Of a stretch of DNA of 64,000 nt, positions 55,403 through 64,000 are shown piece after piece. The stretch comes from a virus: positions 1-64,000 of IMG/VR virus record IMGVR_UViG_3300030419_007131. One strand, given 5' to 3'. Both the position numbers and the translations under genes were made by a program. The notes beneath the pieces were generated by a model that saw nothing but the letters and a program-made list of their open reading frames with translations, made no database searches and was not told where the DNA came from. Each line of letters opens with the position of its first letter. The first letter of the stretch is position 1.

Positions 55403-56207
55403 TGATCGCAACCTCTTGGGCCAACTCTTGAGTCTTCAGTACCTTGTTGAGATCTTCGTCAGAAAAATCCCTTTTCCGAAATTCTTCCAAGTATTCCAGG
55501 ACACTATTCAGCTTTTCTTCTAAAAGCGGGGCGTCGGATGTCTCTGCGGCGGCGCCAATCTTTCCCTTTAGGCGCGCCAATTCCTCATTAAGATAAGCGC
55601 GCAGTTCAAGACCCTCGTCAGCAAAGCTTGTAATATAACGATTGAGAAGGTCCTTTTGTTCCTGCAAAAGCGCTTCATACTTATTATTAAACTTCTTGAT
55701 AAACGAGTTATAAGTGATATTGTCTATGGGCGCCATGTGGAGTGTTTCGTTTATTGATTGTTTTGAACTCATGCCATCGACAATAGATTGTTCGAATAAA
55801 ACCTTTTTCTTTACTGGGGTGTTCTTGCTGAAGATAGCATTCACCGAGGCAAGACTCTTAAAGTTGGGAACAAAATTAGCCCAGACCGTCTTGCCTAAGT
55901 TCTTATTAATAACTGCGATGGCCTCAGATTGTGCCGCAAAAATATTGTCATGGTCTAGCCGTTGATGGCTAGCTTTCGTCTCTTGTAGTAGTCTTTCTGC
56001 CACCGGCGCATGCAAACGCTTTGTTTCTAGCAACACGCGATAAAGTTGTAGCTCTTCAGCCAACACACTTCCTTTATTAAAAAACTGTTTGATAATGGCT
56101 ACAACTTTTTGTTTCCGAGATGAATCCTTTTTGATGATAGCTTGTGTCAGCTCGTGGGTAAGGGTTTCATAAATAAAAGCTGTGTTTCTTTTTTTGTTAT
56201 GCTTCAT
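55395..56207 (-). CDS. hypothetical helical protein downstream of the portal
   Basis: Start MKHNKKRN at 56207; GGAGG RBS; CTATTTA at 56294-56300. Confidence 0.6.
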   Translation of the reverse strand: MKHNKKRNTAFIYETLTHELTQAIIKKDSSRKQKVVAIIKQFFNKGSVLAEELQLYRVLLETKRLHAPVAERLLQETKASHQRLDHDNIFAAQSEAIAVINKNLGKTVWANFVPNFKSLASVNAIFSKNTPVKKKVLFEQSIVDGMSSKQSINETLHMAPIDNITYNSFIKKFNNKYEALLQEQKDLLNRYITSFADEGLELRAYLNEELARLKGKIGAAAETSDAPLLEEKLNSVLEYLEEFRKRDFSDEDLNKVLKTQELAQEVAIND

Positions 56208-58140
56208 CTTTGTCTGCCTCTTTTTTCTCCATTTGTTCAACTAAGCGTCGCACTTTTGTAGTGTTTTCAAACAAATTGGCCTCGTCTTTATTATAAATAG
56301 ATTCCTTATATTGTTTCGTGCCAAACGTTACATCCAAAATCTTGCCGGGCGGAGTGGTAGCGCGGCCGCGACCACGAGGTATCTCTGGGAGAGCCGTGCT
56401 GGTAATATGACGACGCGTTCCGCCTAGGTCTCGATTGTCGACGGCCACCGGCGTATAAGTGCCATGATCATAAACATGCTCTCCTTCTTCACTTAAGTGA
56501 CCATCCTCCCGTCGTCCCGGAGTGGTGAGTAAAGGAGACTCTTCGCCGCCGAGGTCTTCGCCTCCAAGATCTTCACCGCCGAGGTCTCCCCCAAGGCCGC
56601 CAAGTTCTTCGGCACCAAGGTCGCCCCCAAGGTCGCCCCCAAGGTCGTCGCCCAAGCCGCCACCAAGTTCTTCAGCAGCTGCGTCTTCAGCAAGGGCTTC
56701 AAGTTCTTGTTGGTATTTACGATCATAAAACGTTTCGCGTTGGTTGCGCAAGAACTCAGAATCAGAAAGGCCCAAGATATTGGAGGCCACCCAACGCTTG
56801 CTGAATGTCCCCTCCGGAACAGCTGTTGCCGTATCAAACTTGGTACGCATGTATTCTAGCTGCTGCAACTCCGCCAAACGAGAGGGATTGTTGAGTGTAA
56901 TCTTAAACGACAAAAGATCCTCACCGCGATACCCCAAGGTATACAAATGAACAATCGCCATCTTCTCTAGCTCTGAAACTACCGACCTTTGCAGGCGGTG
57001 GATGGTGCGCGCAAAGCGAATATCTTTCTGGGCTAACGTTGTCTTATCTTCGTCGCCACCCTCCAAATTGGTAAGATAAGCTTGCGGAATCTTAATTGCA
57101 GCGAAGAGTTTGTCGCGCAGATATTTAACATCGTCAATATCATTAAGACTGCTAGCGCCCTGGAGGGAGCTAATGTCAGAACCAACGCCGCCACGAATAG
57201 GAATAAAGTAGTCCTCTTCCAGCGAAAGAGGGTTATATCGCAGGTCGACTCGACCAGTTGTGGCATCAACCAACTGATTACGCTTCATCTCGGTTTTGAC
57301 CTTTTCCATATACTGAGGAATTTCTTGAGGCGGGATATTCCCCACATCGATCTTAAAGATCCTGCGCTCGGGTGCACGAACGACACGGTAGGCAATCATC
57401 GCATCCTCTAAAAGAACCAGCTGGCGCCAAATGCGACGCGCTGGATCAAGAACCGAAGTGCCGTATGGGCTATACCTGTCATTACCAAGAATGCGGAAGT
57501 GGGCAACCTGCCAGTTTTCAAAGGTCATGCCGGCACCGTTCCACTGATACTGAACGTAGTTGGGATTGGTAGCGTCTTGACCCTCCAGCCTTTCAACTTC
57601 GTTATTAGGCATTCCGATCACTGACGTAATACCAAGATGCTCGTCGATGTCGAGATATAAAAAGAAGTCTCCATACTTGCACATGGAACGAGCCCAGCCA
57701 AAAGCGTTAAACTCAATATTCAAAGCATCGTAAAAGAGCGCTTCGAGAATTGACTTGATCTCGTGATTCATGCAGTCAATATTTAGAAGACGATCATACT
57801 CATTCGAGGTCGTCATTTCGTCGGCATAAATATCCAATGCTGAGGCAATCTCTGGCATGTATTCCATTTGCTCAAAATCGGTATACCGCTCGGCGCGGTT
57901 CTGGTTTCGAAACGCAGCAGAAGTATACAAGTTATAGTTCTGCGACATATTGTTGTCGGCGCGCTTAAACTCCTGGCCGCTTAGGGACCTGAATCTGTAT
58001 CGATATTTATCTAAATTGCCGCGGCGCTCTTGACGTGCGACTTGCGTCCGATAGTTTACAATCGGACCTGACAGCATTCGAGTTAATCGTTTGAATAACG
58101 GTGAAGCTGGGTTTCTTGTGTTTCTCTCGTTCTTGGCCAT
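56197..58140 (-). CDS. portal protein (T4 gp20-like)
   Basis: PEIASALDIYADE, LLEDAMIAYRVVRAPERRIFKIDVGN, EEDYFIP.RG, DDVKYL; acidic Gly-rich tail. Confidence 0.93.
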   Translation of the reverse strand: MAKNERNTRNPASPLFKRLTRMLSGPIVNYRTQVARQERRGNLDKYRYRFRSLSGQEFKRADNNMSQNYNLYTSAAFRNQNRAERYTDFEQMEYMPEIASALDIYADEMTTSNEYDRLLNIDCMNHEIKSILEALFYDALNIEFNAFGWARSMCKYGDFFLYLDIDEHLGITSVIGMPNNEVERLEGQDATNPNYVQYQWNGAGMTFENWQVAHFRILGNDRYSPYGTSVLDPARRIWRQLVLLEDAMIAYRVVRAPERRIFKIDVGNIPPQEIPQYMEKVKTEMKRNQLVDATTGRVDLRYNPLSLEEDYFIPIRGGVGSDISSLQGASSLNDIDDVKYLRDKLFAAIKIPQAYLTNLEGGDEDKTTLAQKDIRFARTIHRLQRSVVSELEKMAIVHLYTLGYRGEDLLSFKITLNNPSRLAELQQLEYMRTKFDTATAVPEGTFSKRWVASNILGLSDSEFLRNQRETFYDRKYQQELEALAEDAAAEELGGGLGDDLGGDLGGDLGAEELGGLGGDLGGEDLGGEDLGGEESPLLTTPGRREDGHLSEEGEHVYDHGTYTPVAVDNRDLGGTRRHITSTALPEIPRGRGRATTPPGKILDVTFGTKQYKESIYNKDEANLFENTTKVRRLVEQMEKKEADKDEA

Positions 58141-58143
58141 TTT

Positions 58144-59730
58144 TTATCCTTTTATCAAAGCAATATACTGCTCGTTAAATACTGCCGCTTCTTGGGAGCG
58201 CTGATTCTCTTTTGTTATTTTGTGTCCTTGCATGCCGGGAATGGTTGTTGAGATGTTTGTTTTTGATGTACTTATAGACGACAAGAACTGCTTGCTATAT
58301 TCAACGCTTTGCTGACTTTCCACGATTACAGTATCCCTCACCCAACACCCGATAGCAAATGACATCACTAAATCATCATTATAACTGCGCATCGCCTGCG
58401 GTCTTCCTGCTTGCCAAATAAATGTTTTCATTTCAGAAAGCAAACGATTCGAGTTAATCTTAATTAGTTTGTTTCTCATAAACTCTTCCATCTTAGCTAC
58501 AATCAAAGGTCTCGTTTTTGAAGATGTAGTAAACCCTGGTATCACATTCGATTGCCACTGAGCCGAAACTGGGTCCACATAACTATGATCTCCCTTTGCA
58601 GAGTGATATATATTAGGATACCCTTTATCTAATAACTTTTTAAGCACTGCATAGCCTATGTTGTTGTTTTCTATAACCAACATTGGGTTGCCATATTCGC
58701 CAGCAACATTAAATAAAACATCTGCGAAGTCGTCCGGGGTGGGCTTTCCAACATATTCGGCAACCACCTCCAGGCTCGCTAGCTCAAAAACATGAAAGGC
58801 GCTGTTGTCCTTTCCGTCTCCTCGGGCAACATCAGCAACAATCAAATAGGGCTTTCCTTCTTCATGTCTTTTCCATATCCAATAATTTCTATCGAAACCG
58901 GTCCTATACTCCGGTGCTACGATCCTATCCAAATACCACTGAATGTCGTCGGGATGCACGACCGTTTCACCCGACACATTGAAGTTGCACTCAAGCTCCT
59001 GTGCAATTTGTCGCTTTGACATGTTCTTGGTTTCTTTTTCAAACCAAGCCTTGTCGCGGTCAGGATGAGCATCCCACATCAACGTGGTCATATGAAACGC
59101 ATTTGTGCCAGCCTCAGCCTCTACACAATTTTGATGGAACCAGTTGCCTACGCCGTTGGGAGTAGAGAGAGCGATGCAGCGACCACCAGTAGAAAGTGTG
59201 GGATAAAGCGCAGTCCACAGATCAGCAAGCTTTTCAACGTGTGCGGCCTCGTCGACCACTAAAAGTGAAAGTGCCTCAGAACGACCAGCATCGCCAGAAG
59301 TCGATGAGCCCTTAATTTGAGATCCGTTTGAGAGTTCAAATGAGGTCCTATTGTCAACAACAATCTCAGATATCCGCATCCATTCAGGCAGATGCTTAAT
59401 AATAGCTTTAACTTTTTTTACAAGATTGGTTGCGGTTTGAAGTTTCGTCGCAACAACTAAAATGTTTTTGTCGCGGTGGAACAGCATGAGCCACGCAATA
59501 TAAGCTGCCGTAATCGTAGAGATACCCAACTGACGAGCCTTCAAAATAATATTGAAACGATAGTCGCTGAAATCTTTTAATAGTTCTTTTTGATAGTCGT
59601 ATGCACTAAACGGTATTAGTCCACGTTGTGGGTGCGAAATTCGACAATAACTTGTCGTGAAATAAACTGGGTCCTTGCCCGCTTTGACGATCTCTTTTAA
59701 TATCTCTTCTTTAGTGAGGGCATTCCCCAT
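58144..59730 (-). CDS. terL: terminase large subunit (T4 gp17-like)
   Basis: LKARQLGIST, LVVDEAAH, STPNG, QELEC, ADVARGDG.D.S, IENN, DDLVM. Confidence 0.95.
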   Translation of the reverse strand: MGNALTKEEILKEIVKAGKDPVYFTTSYCRISHPQRGLIPFSAYDYQKELLKDFSDYRFNIILKARQLGISTITAAYIAWLMLFHRDKNILVVATKLQTATNLVKKVKAIIKHLPEWMRISEIVVDNRTSFELSNGSQIKGSSTSGDAGRSEALSLLVVDEAAHVEKLADLWTALYPTLSTGGRCIALSTPNGVGNWFHQNCVEAEAGTNAFHMTTLMWDAHPDRDKAWFEKETKNMSKRQIAQELECNFNVSGETVVHPDDIQWYLDRIVAPEYRTGFDRNYWIWKRHEEGKPYLIVADVARGDGKDNSAFHVFELASLEVVAEYVGKPTPDDFADVLFNVAGEYGNPMLVIENNNIGYAVLKKLLDKGYPNIYHSAKGDHSYVDPVSAQWQSNVIPGFTTSSKTRPLIVAKMEEFMRNKLIKINSNRLLSEMKTFIWQAGRPQAMRSYNDDLVMSFAIGCWVRDTVIVESQQSVEYSKQFLSSISTSKTNISTTIPGMQGHKITKENQRSQEAAVFNEQYIALIKG

Positions 59731-59738
59731 GACATTTT

Positions 59739-60287
59739 TTACTTGCCTTTACGGGTATCGTTCGAAGGCCTCTTGTTCTTGGGTCCAAGCTCTAGCCATG
59801 CACGAACAGCCTTATTAAGCTTAACCTCGGCAGAACCGGCCTCGACCTCTCCCACGTCTTTAAGGCCACCAATGCGATAATCGCAATGAGCCTGGCAATC
59901 CGTCCGGTAGTTAGAGATTCTTTGAACCAAAATATGATGGTCGCCTTCTTTCGTCAACGTGAGGGTATCACCCGTGATGTTCTTATATTCGGCTTTCAAA
60001 AATTTAACGATATCAGCCAAGCGTTTTCCGATGTCATCCTCAAAGCCTGGGTCCTTGACATCTTTAATTCTAACCTCGGCCTGATACTTCACACGCAGAA
60101 TGGGCCCGTGAAAATGAACCTTAAACCCATCCATAACCCGTCGGTCATTAATATAATGGCCGTCTTCACGTGCCAGTCCTACTTTCCGAGCTAATCCGTC
60201 GGCCTGCAGGGTCTCTTCGTGAGCGCCATCATACGCGTTTGCCGCCGCCTGGCTTATTCCTTTGATGATTTCATATACAGTTGCCAT
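59739..60287 (-). CDS. hypothetical protein
   Basis: Start MATVYE at 60287 with AAGGGA RBS. Confidence 0.55.
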   Translation of the reverse strand: MATVYEIIKGISQAAANAYDGAHEETLQADGLARKVGLAREDGHYINDRRVMDGFKVHFHGPILRVKYQAEVRIKDVKDPGFEDDIGKRLADIVKFLKAEYKNITGDTLTLTKEGDHHILVQRISNYRTDCQAHCDYRIGGLKDVGEVEAGSAEVKLNKAVRAWLELGPKNKRPSNDTRKGK

Positions 60288-60288
60288 A

Positions 60289-60675
60289 TTATTGTTCCCT
60301 TGTTGGTCTCCACCCAGTCGCCCATCTTTCTTCGCGGTCCTCGATATATTGTATATAGCATTTGAAGCAGGCTTCAAACTTATTCATATACAAATCGTCT
60401 TCCGATCGAAAAGAATATTTTTCACAAACAGGACACGTCCTCTTGTGATCTCTATTAAGTAGTTTTTTGTTTATTAAAAATCCGTCTTGTTCTACTTTGT
60501 CTTGGGTTTCGGCTAGTTTTGCAAATTTCTTCTGCTCTGCCTGAGATTGCTGGATATACTGTTTTTCTTTTGTCTCGTCCCAAAACCGCTTCGGATTATC
60601 GATCGCCTCTCGTCCATACTTCTGAGTGATGGCGCGTTCTAGTTGAGCTATGTAATCTTGCTTTTCTTTATTCAT
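60289..60675 (-). CDS. hypothetical protein with CxxC...CxxC
   Basis: CPVC and CFKC. Confidence 0.55.
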   Translation of the reverse strand: MNKEKQDYIAQLERAITQKYGREAIDNPKRFWDETKEKQYIQQSQAEQKKFAKLAETQDKVEQDGFLINKKLLNRDHKRTCPVCEKYSFRSEDDLYMNKFEACFKCYIQYIEDREERWATGWRPTREQ

Positions 60676-61133
60676 TTAACTATTTCAGTCGACAGCGCAA
60701 ATATCCCCAAAGAGGTGAGGGTTCCAATTCCAAAACCCAAAGCCACCAGGAAGGGGTCTTTACCAGGCTTTTGTTGTACGATGAGATCCATCAGTCGATC
60801 ATTCTCTGCAGCTTTAAGGATCATCATGGATTCATACTTGTCCTTCCACGAACCAATCTCAATATCTTTATAGTCTAGCTGCAATTGGAACCTCTCTCCT
60901 TGGAGGTGAAGTTCATAACTGATTCGAAGGTCACACTCGGCGTCTTCAAACTTCTTTTCAGTTGCAATCTTGGCGGCCGCATCAAGAGATAAAAGAACAC
61001 CATCAAACGGCACTACGTCGCCCGCTTTAACGGGTAGGACCACATAGTCTGAGGTTGTTTCTTCCTCGGCCAAAACTATTGCAGGACAGGCTAAGAAGGC
61101 TACTAAGTAAAGGGATAATATCTTTTTAAGCAT
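60672..61133 (-). CDS. exported/membrane protein (possible spanin-like component)
   Basis: N-terminal signal peptide, coiled middle, C-terminal transmembrane segment. Confidence 0.5.
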   Translation of the reverse strand: MLKKILSLYLVAFLACPAIVLAEEETTSDYVVLPVKAGDVVPFDGVLLSLDAAAKIATEKKFEDAECDLRISYELHLQGERFQLQLDYKDIEIGSWKDKYESMMILKAAENDRLMDLIVQQKPGKDPFLVALGFGIGTLTSLGIFALSTEIVK

Positions 61134-61542
61134 TGTTTAATCCGAAAGCTTCGGCCAATTCTTTCGCTAGCTTCTCTGGATCATTATAGCTTTTGTCGAC
61201 TAATCTTTTAAGTTCTGCTTCTTTTTTTCTATCAAGGGTCTCGCCTCGTTTTTCAAATTCTTTCTCGATTTCTTCCCGTCTCTTTAGATGTTCTGCCAAC
61301 CTGGCGTTTTTCTCTGCGGTCTCGGTATTATGGATGTGCGCCAGGGTTTCCATCTCTTGGTCATGAGCATCTTGTTTGGATTCCATTAGATCCAACACGG
61401 TAGCAAGAAATGCTCCGTTGCGCGTTAAAGCTCCAATCAATGCTGCGCATATAAAAAGTAGCGCTATGACGATAACCCACCAAAACTTTTTGGCCCAAAG
61501 CCAAGATTTTTTAGCTATCAATTTCAGCTTAAGTAAATTCAT
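61126..61542 (-). CDS. membrane-anchored coiled-coil protein (i-spanin/Rz-like)
   Basis: Single N-terminal transmembrane segment followed by a charged coiled coil. Confidence 0.5.
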   Translation of the reverse strand: MNLLKLKLIAKKSWLWAKKFWWVIVIALLFICAALIGALTRNGAFLATVLDLMESKQDAHDQEMETLAHIHNTETAEKNARLAEHLKRREEIEKEFEKRGETLDRKKEAELKRLVDKSYNDPEKLAKELAEAFGLNNA

Positions 61543-61727
61543 TATTTAACACCTTTAAGTCGTGCAACCGTATCTACCACGGTCTGACTTCCAATGTAAA
61601 CGCAAGTAATAATTACCCAATCGCTCGATGCAAGATCTGCGAAGGCCAAGAGGCCTGTAGCTGTAACCCAGGCCATCAGCTTACGCGAGACCATCTTATC
61701 CAATCCTTTATCAATAATGTGTCGCAT
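61542..61727 (-). CDS. putative holin-like small membrane protein
   Basis: 61 aa from MRHII; SRKL followed by two hydrophobic helices and a basic C-terminus. Confidence 0.5.
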   Translation of the reverse strand: MRHIIDKGLDKMVSRKLMAWVTATGLLAFADLASSDWVIITCVYIGSQTVVDTVARLKGVK

Positions 61728-61769
61728 GCTATTCAACTCCTCTCCTCTAATTAGGAGCGGGGAAAAAGG

Positions 61770-62444
61770 ATGTCTAAACAACTTAGCTTGAAATTCAAAA
61801 AAATGCTGAAACAAGCTGATTTTACGCATGCTGATTTAGAGTACCACAAAGAGCTGCTCCCCGAAGCCAAAACCACCTTTGGTGAGGCCATCGCACAAAT
61901 CATTAGCGAAATGGCCGAAGAAGACCAAGAAGCCATTAAAAGAGCAGATATTAAGCGCCAAGAAGAATTCGAAAAAAAGATGGATGCCAAGCGGGATGCA
62001 GAAAACATTAACCCCGAAGAATGGGAACCCATGCCAACTAGTAAAAAAGAGATCCCGCCTGAAAAGGAATCGGAGCTTAAAAGCATCTACCGTCGCATAG
62101 CTGCCAAAACTCATCCAGACAAAGCGATAGCCAGCGGGACTTCGCAAGAGAAAAAAGCGCAGCTAGAGAAAACTTTCATACAAGCCAAAAAAGCATATGA
62201 TGAGCATAACTGGTATGCGCTTTATCGTATTGCGGTAGCTCTCGATCTTCCTTTCGGAGAGCCGAGTCAAAATAAAATCGACTGGATCGAGGAAGATATC
62301 GAGGCAGCAATGGCTGAGATATCCAGGATCGCTGGTACCGTCGCGTGGGTATGGTATAACGGCGACGACACAGCCAAGCTGCATGCGTTAAAAAGCTATT
62401 TTCAACAAAATTATGGACTAGAGCTAGTACACACTAATGATTAA
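61770..62444 (+). CDS. J-domain (DnaJ-like) protein
   Basis: ELKSIYRRIAAKTHPDK...F.QAKKAY J-domain signature. Confidence 0.8.
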   Translation: MSKQLSLKFKKMLKQADFTHADLEYHKELLPEAKTTFGEAIAQIISEMAEEDQEAIKRADIKRQEEFEKKMDAKRDAENINPEEWEPMPTSKKEIPPEKESELKSIYRRIAAKTHPDKAIASGTSQEKKAQLEKTFIQAKKAYDEHNWYALYRIAVALDLPFGEPSQNKIDWIEEDIEAAMAEISRIAGTVAWVWYNGDDTAKLHALKSYFQQNYGLELVHTND

Positions 62445-64000
62445 CTTTGGCATATCCGCCTGTTTTGTCAATCGTGACCTCTACATCCACGATATCTTTA
62501 AGAGAATCTAGATGGGAAATAAGAATAACAGTTTTAAAATACATCTTTATAAGCTGTAGAATCCTAATAAAGCCTTCCATATTCTCCGCATCTAAAGCAG
62601 TGCCTGGCTCGTCGAGAATAAAAATGTTTCCCTTGGGGAGGGATGATACAGACAGGAGCGCCAGGCGGATTGCCATAGCGGCCACAGTCTTCTCAGCGCC
62701 CGATCCCATCTCGATGGGGCGCGGATCGTGTTTGGGGTGCTTAATCAGAATATCAAGCTTGCGACCATCCTCCTGAAAGAAGACTTCAAACTCAGCAATG
62801 TTGGAAAGCACCTTGGCTATCTCACCATTAATCACTGGGAGGCGCTTTTTAATGATGTCATAAGCGATTCCGTTAGAGTGGGTGCATCGCATAAACAAAT
62901 CGTAGGATGCATACTCTTCACGAATATTGCGTAGATCTTCTTTCTTTTCTTGAAGAGTTTCGATCTTTTGCTCTAGCGAGCCGATTTGTCGGTGGTGATC
63001 ATTTATTAATTCTTCTAGCGAAATGATCGATTCTTGAGTAGTCTCGATTGTTTTTTGAACTTGATTTCTCGAAGATAAAAGATTTTCAATATTTTTTATT
63101 AAATCTTTCTTTTCTTCATACAAATCAATCTTAGTATTTACTTCGTTAAGGGTCGTTCTGTGGGCCTTTATCTTGGCATACAACCTCTCGATCGAAACCT
63201 TGTTGTCCCTCTTTTCGATCTCAATGTTGTTCTTGTTAATAATAATGTTATTATAGTTGTCAATCATTTCAATCATTTCGGCAGAATTAACCAAAGCTAT
63301 TTTAGTCTTATAAGATTTAGCATTTTCAATCTGATCAATGATGTCTACTTCTAAAGAGGGCAGTTCCACGGACGCCAAGTGCGCATCCTTAATGAATTGG
63401 CACATAGGAAAACTACTTCCACACGGCACTTCATCCAACAACTCTACTTTCTTACTCATCGCCTTATATTCATTATCAAGCAATCGAGCGTGACTCACGG
63501 TTTTATCATACTTCTTTTTAAAGTCATCGTATTCTTTCTTTTTTTCTAAAATATCTTCAATATCAATCGTCGTAAGAAAATCATCATACTCACTTAGTTT
63601 ACTATCATATTGTGCATTTTCGTCCTTAAGCTCAACAATATTAATATTAGTATCTTCAATTTTCTCTTGAAGAGATGTCTTAGTTTCTAAAAGCGCCTTA
63701 ATATCCAGTCTCTCAGCTGGGATTGATTCGATTTGTTCCGTTAAATCAGCAAACCGTTGCCGGGCGGTGGCAAGGTCTTCTCTCGCCTGCGTGTGGTTGG
63801 CGGTTTCCTCATCTAGTTCCTGTTGGGCTTCTTGCCATTGAACCTCTGCTAGCGCAATATCATTATCGTAACTAACGTCTCCCACTCGTCGCATGACCGC
63901 CTTAAGCTCTGAGCTATCTTCGTGGGCCATTTTAAACTTTCTCTCGAAAATATCCAAATCCAAGAACTTTGCTAAAATCTCCTTTCGTCGCGTTGACCCC
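62434..64000 (-). CDS. SbcC/Rad50 (T4 gp46-like) ATPase, C-terminal part (runs off window end)
   Basis: Long coiled coil with central Cys hook (CGSSFPMC), signature GSGAEK, ILDEP, ISH; frame open to the window end. Confidence 0.88.
   Translation of the reverse strand, partial: GSTRRKEILAKFLDLDIFERKFKMAHEDSSELKAVMRRVGDVSYDNDIALAEVQWQEAQQELDEETANHTQAREDLATARQRFADLTEQIESIPAERLDIKALLETKTSLQEKIEDTNINIVELKDENAQYDSKLSEYDDFLTTIDIEDILEKKKEYDDFKKKYDKTVSHARLLDNEYKAMSKKVELLDEVPCGSSFPMCQFIKDAHLASVELPSLEVDIIDQIENAKSYKTKIALVNSAEMIEMIDNYNNIIINKNNIEIEKRDNKVSIERLYAKIKAHRTTLNEVNTKIDLYEEKKDLIKNIENLLSSRNQVQKTIETTQESIISLEELINDHHRQIGSLEQKIETLQEKKEDLRNIREEYASYDLFMRCTHSNGIAYDIIKKRLPVINGEIAKVLSNIAEFEVFFQEDGRKLDILIKHPKHDPRPIEMGSGAEKTVAAMAIRLALLSVSSLPKGNIFILDEPGTALDAENMEGFIRILQLIKMYFKTVILISHLDSLKDIVDVEVTIDKTGGYAKVNH

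Noticed and set aside
56540-56670. Short tandem repeats (CCAAGGTCGCCC-like) as a CRISPR array or contingency locus
   Set aside because: In-frame low-complexity DLGG repeats in the portal tail, with no spacers.
1-64000. Stop-codon reassignment, as seen in some large phages
   Set aside because: Core genes are full length in the standard code, and TAG, TGA and TAA all end genes at sensible boundaries.

Overview
This is a 64-kb fragment of a large contractile-tailed bacteriophage (myovirus) with T4-like head genes. Standard genetic code; almost every gene is on the minus strand, and the only clear plus-strand gene is a J-domain protein at 61770. In transcription order (right to left): SbcC/gp46-like ATPase (truncated), a putative holin/spanin-like membrane cluster, terminase large subunit, portal, head accessory proteins, prohead protease, ribosomal protein bS21, a duplicated gp14-like neck gene whose second copy is fused to a ~1250-aa fibre, four more fibre-like genes, scaffold, major capsid, neck gp13-like, tail terminator, sheath, tube, tail-assembly chaperone with a probable frameshift, tape measure and baseplate genes. 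A replication/nucleotide module follows: minimal PolA, MazG-like, divergent tubulin/FtsZ, gp32-like SSB, Hc1-like histone, Smr, RecA, pyrimidine-dimer glycosylase, 5'-3' exonuclease, helicase, class II RNR, lipoprotein alpha/beta-hydrolase, GroES, nucleotidyltransferase-like protein, DnaE, dUTPase and a truncated IMPDH/GMP reductase. Two promoter classes are visible: sigma70-like TTGACA-N16/17-TATACT in the replication module, and a CTATTTA motif upstream of structural genes. Best candidate for a new system: four small proteins share an N-terminal MKL(I/M)ME.W..(F/Y)...L.E leader resembling a protease-cleavable capsid-targeting signal, and two of them hide an export signal (one Tat-like, one Sec-like) behind it. 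All calls come from motif recognition by eye; no searches were run. No tRNA, rRNA, CRISPR array or IS element was recognised.
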